Notes: a model not told the origin generated them from the sequence alone. Shown: positions 26,603 through 39,720, counted from the stretch's first letter. The stretch: 64,000 nucleotides of DNA from Octopus bimaculoides (GCF_001194135.2 NC_068997.1:56853147-56917146); one strand, 5' to 3'. Numbers and translations: made by a program.

Positions 26603-27450
26603 ATTCTAATTTAGGTGGCTAATTTTTTTAAATATATTTGTAATTTACATATTTTAATATTTTTTATTCATATTCTTATTTTTCTATTTAATATGACCTA
26701 TAATATGTATTTTAACTTTGAACCGTTAACAATAATAATAACAATATGATAAATAGCGTGAGGACGCACTGGTGGATTTATGTATTAGGTATAGCTTTGA
26801 TAACTACGTGTAGCGTTGATTTAAAATGTCTTCTTTTCTCCACAGACTAATAACGGGTAAATTATACAGATGTTTTCAAATATTTTTTTCAAATTTTATT
26901 GTATTTTATAGTAGGTTTTTTAATTGCTTATATTATTTTATTGGATATAACTTTCTATATGTATTCCACACAATAAGTTTATCCTGAAATAGGAGTTGCA
27001 GTTCTATTAGTAAAATCCCAAATTTGTAATAATATTACAAATGATACTGTTTACATTGCATTAGTAAAGTGTAAAATAGTAAAAGTCATGATAACCTGGA
27101 ATACTTATTCCCTAAAATTTTAAAAAATATTCATATATATATATACCGAAACCTGAAATATTTCATTTGTTTTAACTGTGGGTGGTTCTATTTATCCCCT
27201 ACCACCCCACTCAGTTTAGCAGATTCTGTTAAAAGAATCGGGTCAGGTCTCTTCATTGGGAGTATAACACCGCCCACCGACCCCTCAGAAGTCCTGTACG
27301 TTGACTTTCCTGATCTATTCTATGAAAGTCATAAAAGTGGTTATTAAAATAAGTTTGAATATTAATGGAGTTGTGATCAACCGTTGTCTTACTTAAAAGA
27401 GAATTTCCCGCGAAAATGTCTACAGTCATATATTTCATGTGATAGAAGCT
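25189..27450 (-). mobile_element. Unclassified decayed coding-like island, tentatively a Polinton/Maverick-like endogenous viral relic
   Basis: T-rich + strand and no local SINEs. Minus strand 26725-26850: KRRHFKSTLHV / SYQSYT*YINPPVRPHAIYHIVII, similar to the A32/FtsK-type packaging ATPase GRH..S...Q.Y..IP..VR.N..Y motif. 26380-26570: AKPKETLS...FSVRFTPIY...FLKCET*VNSI, weakly penton-like. No clean Walker A, pPolB or TIR seen. Confidence 0.35.
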
Positions 27451-29989
27451 GAATACATGAAGCTTATTGTTCGTTGCTATAATAAAATGAAAGTATAATG
27501 TAATCTATTTTTCTTCAAAGTCAGACGTTTTGAGTGTTGTTGTATAAATATAAATATTTATCTGAATATTGAAACAGATGCTGTATATGTTAATAGCAAT
27601 ACTTCACTTAGAAGAGGAAAAAATCATGAATCTCATCTAATACTGTCAGTGAATATCTTATATAAGACAACACTATTTTCTTGTTTATACATTTGCCAAT
27701 TGAAGAAGGAAAGAAAAATATATATTCACATCTCCCTCTCCATTTCCGTTTGTTTTATATCCTTACATATTTTACCCTGGAGTTGTTGGCTACCCTTTAA
27801 CAGACGTAGTTTTCCATTGAAAAACCAATATTTTTACTGTGTCTGAAGGAAGCAAATAGATCTGTAGAACAGCCATTTTTAGCTAATTTATAATTCCACG
27901 ATCCGTAATTAGGCTCGCGGAGTAACATATATCTGCTGTTACAAGCTCAACTATTTCATGTCTTCACATTCGTTTACCTCAATTAAACTGAATTACGTGA
28001 ATATTTCCTATGCAAAGGATATTTAATGTTTACTTTTATCAACGTCCTTGAATGAGACGTCTAGTAACCCAATATATAAGGATCGTATAGCCAAAACTAC
28101 TGATTTTTTCTTTTATTTTTATTTATACATAGTTATTTTACTATAAATGCAAAAGAACACCACGGAGGAATCGAGGGATTACTGTGCTCAATACTGTCAA
28201 GAGGAATAGCCGAAATATAAAATCATTTTGAATTAGATGAAGGGGTGACTTGTAATTGGAAGCCGAATTGGTATATGGCAAATGCAATGGCAGTTGCTGG
28301 GAAACTTGGGGTATTCAATGTATCGATATAGCCGTGATGGTTACCTGTTAAGTGTGAAATGAAGTTTCAATGAATACATATTGCGAACCCCTATTCTTTT
28401 GGCCTATTCAATCACAGCCTTGTCTTTTTCGAATGAAGTAATTACGTGATGATAATTACACTGCTTGTTATCTTTGATTATTTACAATCTTTCGGGAGGG
28501 GTTTTGTCTGTTAATTTCAGGAAAAATAGTAAATAATAGAAGCATAGATTTGATACGTCAAATTATATACCTGAAATTATAGTAAATTATAGTATGTGTA
28601 TACACACACACACACACGCAAACAAACATACACATAAATATGAATATACACACACACTCTCAAACACATACGCATATAAATATGAATACACACACAGGTT
28701 CTCATCATGCAGCACTCTTCTTTCAATTATTTTTCGTTTTGATTATTCTTCATATCTTCAAGATCGATATAGTTACATTATTTCTATCTGTCCCTTTCCA
28801 GTATTCCCAGCTAATGTGAATACGATTCATTGATGAGTATTAACAAGTTCGAAACATCTCCTTTGCTTTTGCCGGTTCGCACAATGACAAGAGCTAATTC
28901 CGTCAGTTTTTATTTTGGTAAAATTTCAAATGTCTGTATTCTTTGTTAGATTTTATATTTCAAACATGTCTAGAAGAATATTTTGTAATCTAATTACATA
29001 GGCAATCCCGCTTAATCAGTATATCTCAAATTACTGTACACATATGTAGAAGCGTGTCGACCCTATTAAGCTCTTTCTATGTCAATAAATCAATTTAATA
29101 TATTCATCTCCAGCATCTGAAATCCTTCCCTTTGTTTATCTATGTATGGTTGATATACAGCATTAGATTTCTTATGAAGTACGGGAGAGATACACAGCAT
29201 CTTATATAGTCACGCATTCTTAATGATAGTAATCATATATAGCATAGATTGCGAAAATTCCTCATATATCTTGCTATTGTCTCCAAAGTGGAAATTACAT
29301 ACTGCAAGATGTAAATGTTAAGACAAGAAACATACGAGATCGTATATCTTGCATTTCCATACAAACGGGGAATATCTATTAAATCTAATTTATTGTTAGT
29401 TCAGTGAATGGTGAATACATGTTCATATTTCGAAATGAAGTGAAACGTGCAGATTGAAAGATTAAGTGTGAGAGAGACAATGATTATATCTACTAAATTA
29501 ACATATTTTCTCCACAAACAGAATATTTTGCTCTCACAAAGGAGGTTATGCCTAATTATTTGAATTGCTTTCTATAGCAGCCAAATTCCCCTCAAATACT
29601 GAGCTTAGATTTTAATGTACGATTGAAGAACTTTATAGCAGTCATGATGCTTGATAATTTGGTCGTATATTTCTTCTGATTCCGTTATCCTATAACCAAC
29701 TGGAGTGCTTTGAGAGTAAGTAACCTCATCACACAGCTACGCTGATTTGTGGGATAAAAGATTGTTTGACATTGCATTTGTAGTAAAGTTAGAATATATT
29801 GTTTCTGTATTCCTCACGTGTAATCTTGGTGATGTGCAAGAAGGTTTCCGTGGTGATTATATATGTAATCTAAAAGAATCTGCTGCCATAAACAACTAGA
29901 GGACAATTTTGGGTCTTCGGTATGGTACGTAGAATTTTTAAGTGGATAGGAAAGTAATATAATTGAGGCTAAACTTAATTACTTCTGCT

Positions 29990-30750
29990 TAAGTTGTCAA
30001 TACATAGAAATAATATGGATGATATAATGGAAATATCTGGGACACCATGTTTGATAAGAAATCGTTCTGAAAGAACATATCACAATGTGTTATATTTTAT
30101 TTATCGTATCAGTCTTCACCTGATTCAATCTTTAATATTTAACATTTCGTTGATATTGAGGAGTTTTTATCCTTATTCCAGTATTTGTTGAATAACTATC
30201 AGCACGGTTAAGTGTCAGGAATTATTATTTTCGAGTGTCTCTTGTTTGCCGCATGTTATTGTTGAGTATCATTTCCTATTGATATCTAGCGCTTCTTATT
30301 GTCGAGTAGCACTATTTCATGTCGAGTAACCACTATTTTCATGAACCACCTTCTATTCTCCAGTATTATTTACTACTGATATCTGCCATTTATTATTGTT
30401 GGATACCATTTGTCATTTTTGAAAACCACCAGCCACATGCTATTGACTCGTGCCAAACTTGCTAATTTAATACAGTCATGTTACGTAAATATTTCTGTCT
30501 CGAATACTATCTTCTTTATATTAAAGACGCAGGAGCATTTGTTGAGTGGTTGCTGTATTGTTACATTACAAGTGAACTTGGAGTGCTTCACTGTGTGGTA
30601 GTGGTGACATATCTAAACTTTTAAAGATAAAGTGAATCTTCAATAATTATCCAAACTATAGAAGCAATGGGATTTTCTTTACATTAGGCAGTCTCTTGTG
30701 TATGTGACTATTTTTGAAAGTTATATAATATCTTTATTGTTTAATTTTAT
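29990..30750 (-). mobile_element. Decayed LINE reverse transcriptase
   Basis: Minus strand FLIKHGVPDISIISSILFLCIDNL (cf. GVPQGSILSPILFLIYIDDL, RT domain 4) at about 29995-30065. Weaker upstream similarity to RT domains 0-2. Confidence 0.45.
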
Positions 30751-32991
30751 TTTTTCTTGGAATATTTCTGAATTTAATTTGCTGGAAATTACTGCAGAGA
30801 CAGGTTGTTGAAATTTTAGAAACTCAATTTACTGTGTATTTTAAACAACATGCATCGCAGTTTGCATGTATTGAAAGAGGTTAATTTTCATAGAATTGAA
30901 TCTCATAACAAGTTGTTTACAACTACTCAACGCAAACGGTGAAAGTTTAAACTTTTATCGTTTACACAGACAAATTATAAAAATAATGAATTCATCTAAA
31001 GAAAAAAAAAAGAATATAGTTGTATAGCAATTCTTTTTATTTAAAACTGTGTTAAAAATGTTTTCCTTCCTGAAATTAGAAGAAAATTATTATTTTAAGC
31101 TTGTCGTCCGTTCTGTATGTTGACATGATGCTTCATTGAAACTGTTTGAAAGGGGGAAGACAAATATTCAAATCTAAGAATGAGCAATTCCACAGTTTCA
31201 TCGTCAAATCATGAATATGTTTGACATTTCTAGAATGTCAAGATTTAACTGCGTTTAATTATACTTGCACACCTGACATGGAACTTCATAACAATTTCCT
31301 CTGAAACAATGTTTCCTCTTCTCTATTTAACTGTCAGTTAGATGAGTTTCACACCATATTATACGAAATATCAAGAAGAAAAAAAAAGTCAAGATAATTT
31401 CATTTAAGCATTCTTTTCAGAACACGTGTCCTCCACGTAATTAAAAATTTATTACAAATAACATATTACGCTAAAAATATATAAATAAAAACCATAAACC
31501 CATTAAATAATCTGTAAAATCGACATTATTTCATGATAATGTTTTTGAAATCACAATTATATATGTGTTATAAAATCTTTTAGAAAGAAACTGTTTTCAT
31601 AACACTTTGTTCCTGATGTCTTACTTGATTCTCCTTTTCTCGTATACCGTTGTTTATATTCCAGAGCAAAAGTCTATATCTCTTCCTTGCTTTTACTTCC
31701 TTATCATAATTATATGCTATATTCGACATAACACTTAAATACACTGCAGATACACATACAATAGATTGTTATTCCTTGTTACATTAATCTTTATCGTAGC
31801 GTGTGTTTTTTTTAAATCTCATAATTTGCAAAGGATTCCTATAATGTCAATACTTTATTTTAGATTAATGTTCAGTGTTGGCATTACCAAATTTGTTATG
31901 GAATACGTCATGTTTATATTTCAAACGACAAAATTTCAAAACAAAACAAGACAGACTACTAAAATGTATTGTATATCCATTTATTAATTTCAATGCATGT
32001 CAAAGTTGAATTGTTCAATTTTCAATATGATACAAACACTTTACCACTTGAAATAGATTTTAATGATTTACATTTTCAAAATTTTATCTTATTTGTCGAA
32101 ATTCACAAACATTTATTACTTGGGATTTGATAGGAAATCGTCCCCTTTTTGCTTTAAAGATGACAACTTAAGTGAAGAATTGTAGATAGAGTTATTCCCC
32201 CGAGGAATTAGAAATTACAGAAGTTTGTGTAAATGATTAAGTTATCTATTGTATATTTGCTGTTTTCATATTTTTGAAATTATCAACTATCTTCAAGTAA
32301 TTTATGGTACCAAATTAGCTAATTAAACATGATAAAGTTCTTACTACTGTTTCACCGACATTTCAGTCCTGATCAAAGACACTAATGGTCCAAGTGCAAC
32401 ATTGACAATCTCGACTTCTTTAGACAAGCTGTATCTACAGTTACATAATTAAATAGTCCTTTCTTAAAAGACTTGCTTGCGCTATCTAGCAGTTTACGTT
32501 ACAGAGGAAGGGTTTCGATATGGAGCCAGTGCTATAGTTTTGAATATTATATATGGCGTGTGTTCCTAATATTCAGGAATTAAAGAATTAATCCTAGAAT
32601 TAAGGAAAATTGCGATAGTATATTTGTCAGAGAATATAGTGAAGCTTATAATCAAATGTTATAAACAAAGTGAATGTGTGGCTGATATTTGTTAAACAAG
32701 TTCATCTATCCTGTGCTGCTATTAAATCAATTCCAGGAAAGCAGCTAAATTTCAGACTCGCGTTTTTCATTTAAATGTATTGTCGGGCTCCAAGCGTTTA
32801 ATTAGTCCTGCTGTTATGATTTGTGAATTTGGTGTCCGGCCAAGCAACAAAAAGGAGAAATTTCTCACTCATAAACTTTCCATGTGCTGTAGCGTGTCAC
32901 AGACTAACAGCAGTATGAAGCATTCGCTCTCTTCTTCCGTGTACTGATGATATATTTCCTTTGCAGATACTGACATACTGACAAATGGCAA

Positions 32992-33310
32992 CATAAAGGT
33001 GGAAGCAGAGCAGAGGCTGGAAACTACAGGCCCATCTCTCTGACTTCACATATTAGCAAAGTCATGGAACGAATTGTCAGAAGGAGATTGATTGCGTTCC
33101 TAGAAGAAAATGACTTGCTGAATGAGACCCAGCATGGTTTCCGTCCAGGTAGAAGCTGCCTCACGCAGCTCTTGCAGCATTATGACTGGGTCCTGAAGCA
33201 GCTACTTGACCATTCAAATGTTGATGTGATATATCTCGACTTTGCAAAAGCCTTTGACAAAGTTGATCATGGCTTGATATGTCACAAGCTGCGAAACCTT
33301 GGCATAGCTG
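32992..33310 (+). mobile_element. CR1/L2-clade LINE RT fragment (domains 0-3), intact frame, runs into the gap
   Basis: HKGGSRAEAGNYRPISLTSHISKVMERIV...QHGFRPGRSCLTQL...VDVIYLDFAKAFDKVDH. Confidence 0.95.
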
Positions 33311-34125
33311 NNNNNNNNNNNNNNNNNNNNNNNNNNNNNNNNNNNNNNNNNNNNNNNNNNNNNNNNNNNNNNNNNNNNNNNNNNNNNNNNNNNNNNNNNN
33401 NNNNNNNNNNNNNNNNNNNNNNNNNNNNNNNNNNNNNNNNNNNNNNNNNNNNNNNNNNNNNNNNNNNNNNNNNNNNNNNNNNNNNNNNNNNNNNNNNNNN
33501 NNNNNNNNNNNNNNNNNNNNNNNNNNNNNNNNNNNNNNNNNNNNNNNNNNNNNNNNNNNNNNNNNNNNNNNNNNNNNNNNNNNNNNNNNNNNNNNNNNNN
33601 NNNNNNNNNNNNNNNNNNNNNNNNNNNNNNNNNNNNNNNNNNNNNNNNNNNNNNNNNNNNNNNNNNNNNNNNNNNNNNNNNNNNNNNNNNNNNNNNNNNN
33701 NNNNNNNNNNNNNNNNNNNNNNNNNNNNNNNNNNNNNNNNNNNNNNNNNNNNNNNNNNNNNNNNNNNNNNNNNNNNNNNNNNNNNNNNNNNNNNNNNNNN
33801 NNNNNNNNNNNNNNNNNNNNNNNNNNNNNNNNNNNNNNNNNNNNNNNNNNNNNNNNNNNNNNNNNNNNNNNNNNNNNNNNNNNNNNNNNNNNNNNNNNNN
33901 NNNNNNNNNNNNNNNNNNNNNNNNNNNNNNNNNNNNNNNNNNNNNNNNNNNNNNNNNNNNNNNNNNNNNNNNNNNNNNNNNNNNNNNNNNNNNNNNNNNN
34001 NNNNNNNNNNNNNNNNNNNNNNNNNNNNNNNNNNNNNNNNNNNNNNNNNNNNNNNNNNNNNNNNNNNNNNNNNNNNNNNNNNNNNNNNNNNNNNNNNNNN
34101 NNNNNNNNNNNNNNNNNNNNNNNNN

Positions 34126-34433
34126 TATCTCGTTCTTATGTGAGATGCAGTGGACGGTACCTTTGGCACCATGCAGTGGCGACCCGTGCGGGCGTTCCTG
34201 TAGTACTTGATGCCAAAGTTTGGCACCAGTCCTTCCAGTATTTTCCATATGTATATTATTAGATATCTCTCCCGCCTGCGCTCCAGGGAGTAGAGACCTA
34301 GTGCCTTCAGTCGCTCCCTGTAGTTCATCTGTTGGACTGTGGCGATCTTTTTTGTATAGTGCCGCTGAATTGCCTCGAGTTCTGCTGTCCGCTTAACACT
34401 GTGTGGTGACCACAACTGAGAGCAATAGTCTAG
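34126..34433 (-). mobile_element. CR1/L2-clade LINE, post-RT C-terminal region, intact frame, runs into the gap
   Basis: LDYCSQLWSPHSVKRTAELEAIQRHYTKKI...YRERLKALGLYSLERRRERYLIIYIWKILEG. Confidence 0.93.
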
Positions 34434-34844
34434 CCGTTAGTTAATCGTTAGATTAATTCAAATTTCCTTAGATTTCATACAAAAAATATTTTCTAAAAGT
34501 CAACAAGAGGCATAATAGTCATGCAATTTGTTATAAATAGCAACGTCATTTCCATGCAATTAAAAGCTACGAGATTACAATGGGGACAAAGATCTGAAGA
34601 ATTTATTCCAGTTTGCGCTCTGCTGCAGACTCGATGGACGCGTTGGTAACGTGGAGAGTGCGAACCTAAATGTTATATCAACAACATTGTAAATCATATA
34701 CTGAACAGCTAATCTGCAAACGTGTGTATCTGTGTGTATGTTTGTGTGTGTGTGTATGTTTGTATATATATATATATGCGTGTGTGTGTGTGTATATATA
34801 TACGTGTGTGTATGTTTGGGTGCTAGTGTGTGTATATATGTATG

Positions 34845-34886
<42 letters not shown>

Positions 34887-34896
34887 NNNNNNNNNN

Positions 34897-34949
<53 letters not shown>

Positions 34950-35195
34950 ATATAGGTAGGTAGGTGGGTATAAAGTGCTTGAAGTGGTGTTCAGATTATA
35001 TATTAAGAAAATGACAGAAAACACAGAAAAAAAGGAGGGGAAAGAAAGGAAAAGAAAAGGGACCTGCTACGTTATGTTGACGTAACCACAGCAACACTAA
35101 TCTTCAAACCGTGGTGACTGACAGGCACATACATAAAGACGGATACTTAGGTACGTATATACATATGCATGCATACACACACATGTATGCATATT

Positions 35196-35257
<62 letters not shown>

Positions 35258-35379
35258 CACATGAGCCTATATATTTATGTCTATGTGTATCATATACTTC
35301 AGTGCATTTGTACGAATATCACCTTTTAGAATAATAATACACTTCTAAATAATTTGAAAGATTGTTAAACTGCTTTCTT

Positions 35380-35460
35380 CAAAACCAGACAAAGGAAACC
35401 TGAGAGGCGTCTTTATGTGGTCTGGCAACCTGCTAGAAATATTTGCAAAATTCTCCTCTA
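35380..35460. repeat. Short interspersed repeat fragment (also at 42810-42870)
   Basis: Shared core acctgctagaaata at both loci. Confidence 0.5.
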
Positions 35461-36019
35461 TATTGCATTTCGTGTAATCATGAAGCAATAAACCTATTTG
35501 TTAATGTATTGTCACAAATGCAATATCGAAAAACAATACAGGATTGAGGAAGCAAATATTTTCTTTGAGATGTTTGCGTTTCTGGCTGACCTGGACCTAA
35601 ACAACATCATCGTGATATTCATCTTAATCTCAATATATTTCACTGAATATCTGGTGACATACAAACGACATCATAAATATGGACAACACAGCAGACTAAT
35701 TTAAGTAATTGCCTGGGCTTCCTGTATTTCACATTTAAACTCTCACCTGCACATTTGAATCTAATTTTCTTAACCAAAATTACTATTTTTCTATCGCTGC
35801 AGGTAGAGATTTGTCAAATTTCTTATAATTATTGCAGACCAGTTTTATTTTCATTTTTTTCTGTCTCTGTATAGCGAGGGTTCCAGTTTAAGACTAAAAC
35901 TAAACTGGCTTTTGTCAAAAGTCAAAGAATTTAAACTTAGCAAAAAGATAACATGGAAAAAGTAATCTTAAAAATCGTAAATATATTTTTATCTTGTGTA
36001 ATCTGTGTGCTTGGAGACA

Positions 36020-36345
36020 TGGCTTTTTTCATCGGTAATGATGATGACAATTACGATGATGATGATGGAGATGGTTAAGATGCTAACGATGAACGTGGTA
36101 ATGATGATGATGATGACGATGTGGATATTTGTGAAGATGAAGTCAACGATAACCATGATGATGGCTACGCTATCAATAAGGAAAAGCATTACAGCAATGG
36201 CGATGATAAGAACGACGGTGTTGCTCTCGAAGGCTATGACAACACCAGTGGCAGCTGTGACGATGATTGAATACCGACGGTGGCTGTAATGATGATAATG
36301 ATGAGGAGAAGGTGCAGGAAGAGGTGAAGGAAGAGTGGAGGACGG
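36020..36345. repeat. Degenerate (GAT)n/(GAR)n low-complexity tract
   Basis: Triplet periodicity visible, with stops in the acidic frame. Confidence 0.75.
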
Positions 36346-36889
36346 AGTGCAAGAAGCGCAGAATCAACAACAAATCTAAATGGAATTGTTTTGCTAAAAG
36401 AAAAATAGATCTTAGTTGTCCAGCATATGAAGAATATTTTATCTCGGGTCTGTGTAAATATGAGTGCGATGACGTTGCTATTAGCTGTCAGTTTCTTAAT
36501 GTTTGCAAAATATTTCCTCCAATGCAACAGACATAAGGATATGGAGAGGTTACTTAAAGAAAGTATTGTAACCTTTTAAACAGAAATATGAATGTTATTA
36601 TTAGAACTTGACAAATTGTTGTCATACTTGGTTTTATGAGACAAATAAACTAATTTCGCCAAATAAGTCTTCAATTTCGTGCACCAACTTTATATAGAAA
36701 ACCATTTGCATTCACGTTATGTAAATTGTATTGTCAAAATTTTATTTCCTTCAGATTTGTGGTTTTCAGATATTGGCTGTCTTGCAACGTTTACGTTCGA
36801 GACAGAGCTAAAGAATTTCTGAATATCTCTAACACATTTACGGATTCATTACAAGCGAAAAGTTATTGTTTATATATCAGACTGTTCTT

Positions 36890-36945
36890 TTATATCTTGT
36901 GAGTCGATATGGTAGACGCAGATTGGAAGGAGCCCGTCGTGTATA
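36890..36945 (+). mobile_element. Partial SINE (end of the 5' module of the 6165 family) before a (TA)n tract and gap
   Basis: tgtgagtcgatatggtagacgcagattggaaggagcccgtcgtgtatatg. Confidence 0.7.
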
Positions 36946-37919
36946 TGTATATATATATATATATACATATATACATTATATATANNNNNNNNNNNNNNNN
37001 NNNNNNNNNNNNNNNNNNNNNNNNNNNNNNNNNNNNNNNNNNNNNNNNNNNATATATATATATATACATACATACACATACACGCACAACACTGGTTGTC
37101 TTCGAGGCTAGTGACATCTTCCATGAAACATTTGAATCAATTTTGTTCCAACCTTCGTCGACAGTTCCTGGGATTCACTTTGCCCATTGTTCCACAGGTA
37201 GCATAAAATGACTGCGATTGCATTTTTCCCACATTCATCTATGTAGTAAATTTGTATATTTTCAGTATGTGAAAATCCCTAATATATAATTTTGTACAGT
37301 GAAAGCACAAATCTCTTAAAGAGTCTGTAAGTCGAAATATTTGGGCATAAAATTGAGAGCATTATATTATTGTTTATTCGGTACAATATTCCAAGTTCTC
37401 CAACAGCCAAGTCGAATCAGTATTTCTAACGTGTCAGGACACCAAGAAAAAATATCTTTTGCTATCAAATAATAAAAAGAATTTTTGTTGGGTTGACTCA
37501 GGTATTCATTTTGAGGTGAATGAGTTTAATTAAAATAATAGCGTTAGTAAGTAATTAAAGCGATGCAAATATCTATACCATATTCTTACATTGGTCTAGT
37601 AAAATACATTGTCGTGGTATAATTACTGGAGATAATTAAAGGGACATAGGTAATAGCATATTAAGGTGGATACAGTATTTGGACGTTAAACTCAGGATAA
37701 CATTTAATCAGAAATCATATTGTTTAAGATGCTATGTCCAAATATAGTTGATAGTTAATATTTTGGAAACATACTCAGGCACTTAATTGATAGGTTTAAT
37801 ATTTTCTCTAATAAGCACATCATTAGCTTTATATAGTTTAACATTAGATATTAGCGTGCATCAATAAATATATAATTATTAACTAAAACGTCAGTTTACT
37901 AAATCTATCATTAATATTG

Positions 37920-38450
37920 ACCTTGCACGTCGGTATATGAGGAATCAACTTCAAAAAATTCTTCCATATTTACATATACGTTTGAATCGGCTGAAGAGAC
38001 CGATGTAATTGGCCTCCATCTGCAAAATGACTGCAAATCGATTGAATATGTTACATGAAAAAGATTGGAAATGAATAATGACGTTATCGTAAAGAATAAG
38101 AAACGTTTTATGGAAAGTAAATGTGGAGTGAGGTACGAGAGGAGGATAAGCAAAGCTATGCAGAGGCAAAGACTGGGATGTGATTTTGATGGTAAGATAT
38201 TGCGGGTTGGTGGAAGGAAATCTATGCAACATTTGTGGCAGTTTAGTAACAGCTTCTGAAATGTGTCGGTTAGGGAGAGAAACACAGTCCCTTGACTGTG
38301 ATAGGGTGTGGTGGGGGGACTAAGGAGATGCTGACCAGAAAAGTCGTTTGAAGAAGAGAAGCGGATGTTTGGAAGACGGGAGGGATAGCGGAATCTGAGA
38401 GCAGTGGTGGAATGGACAAGGTAAAATATGGGAGGGAATGGAAAATGGTT
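37920..38450 (-). mobile_element. Possible decayed Penelope-like RT region
   Basis: C/T-rich minus strand. DNVIIHFQSFSCNIFNRFAVILQMEANYIGLF loosely matches NNFSF....Q..G.AMGT.MGPNYA.LF. Confidence 0.22.
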
Positions 38451-39074
38451 AAACGATGAATTTCTATATTACGTCTGCTTGAGTTCCATCAATATCTAGC
38501 CATCAGCTTTTCTGAAGTCTGTCATTTTATTTCATATAAACTGATAATGTCAAATATTGATCTCTATGTCCACCCCCAACTCCAAACTCAAATGTCCCGA
38601 TGTGATTTAAGGATACAGAGGCCAATATTTTTAAGCATTTTGAGTTAGATGTATTAATAACTAATTTTATCTTCCAGCTTTGGATATTTCAAAGGTTACA
38701 TTTCTGCATATTGGAGTTAAGAAGATAAGATATGTTCAAAGAAATACAGACGTGCATACGTGCACACATGCATACAAATATAGATACACACATATGTAAA
38801 AGAACACATATGTGTGTAGGTATGTTTGTACGTATACATGTGTGTGTGCACGCGCGCAATGGAATAAGCAATTTTCATGTAGTTCCACACTCGGTTAGGA
38901 AATCGCTGGTATTTTATTTTACAATATCTTTTTGTTTCTTTCCCAACCGATAAGCACAAACTGCAAATATTGACTCCTTCCTTATGTAACACTTCCGCGT
39001 ATGAGCAAAATGTTTTTAATTTCTTTTTTTCTGATATTTATCCTTCATATTATTGGAGTAAAACCTTATTTTTT

Positions 39075-39720
39075 TTATCTCGATAACTTCCCTTGGTAAT
39101 CCATTCCACTTCGTATGAAACCCGTTTGAGAAGATTCCCTATCGATTGTAGCTTCTATGCATCACTTCTTTAATCTTTTTGAAAAGCCTTTCATTGATTA
39201 CTGATATAATTCTCAAGATATTATCTCTGTCAACGTTGACTTCACTTACTATCATCTTATAGACATTTGTAAAATTTCTTTTTCTCAATGTGACGATCAT
39301 TGATGCTAAGTCATAAATACGTTATATAACTGGCCTTATAGAAGAGCTCCTCTAATGCTGCATGTTCCCTACCAGCTTCTAATTCTCGATAAAGCATGGT
39401 TTCCAAGTAATAATATTATATTTGATATAGAGTCCCATCGTACAACTGAAGCGATTTCAAGGTGTGTCATTATCGATCTCTGTAAATGCTCTTTTTATTG
39501 TTCTAACGATAATGTCAGATTTTTCACGGCAACTGCAATGTGATTGGTCATTCTAGGTCTTATCATTGATCCCACTTTGAGATTTCTATCCCTCACCAGG
39601 TGCACGCGTGTGCTTCTTTATTTCACAAGAAAATTTCGAATTGTCTCAACTCAGATATAACTGTATCCATGGTCTAACTCTGTTGTGACGATTTGGGCAA
39701 AAATATTGGCTGCGTTCAGA
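39075..39720 (-). mobile_element. Decayed CR1-like LINE, 3' portion
   Basis: Minus strand VRTIKRAFTEIDND...YNIITWKP...VYKMIVSEVNVD and FSNGFHTKWNGLPREVIE (cf. FFSNRVV..WNSLP..VV). Confidence 0.7.

Noticed and set aside
25189-27450. Alternative readings of the island as a NUMT, parvovirus (QIWD / FQD..IVWN) or Penelope element
   Set aside because: No mitochondrial gene, rRNA or tRNA motif. The parvoviral matches are 4-5 residues only, and there is no RT motif. Not excluded without a database search.
30230-30400. Loosely repeated tcgagtagcactattt-like units, considered as a CRISPR-like array
   Set aside because: Only a few highly degenerate units without unique spacers of regular length, in a eukaryotic context.
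33064-34415. Four 327-377 aa ORFs in the track
   Set aside because: Their length comes from the 815-nt N-gap. Only the flanking LINE fragments are real.
36005-36536. Met-rich and acidic ORFs
   Set aside because: Derived from degenerate (GAT)n/(GAR)n repeats, and the acidic frame has stops.
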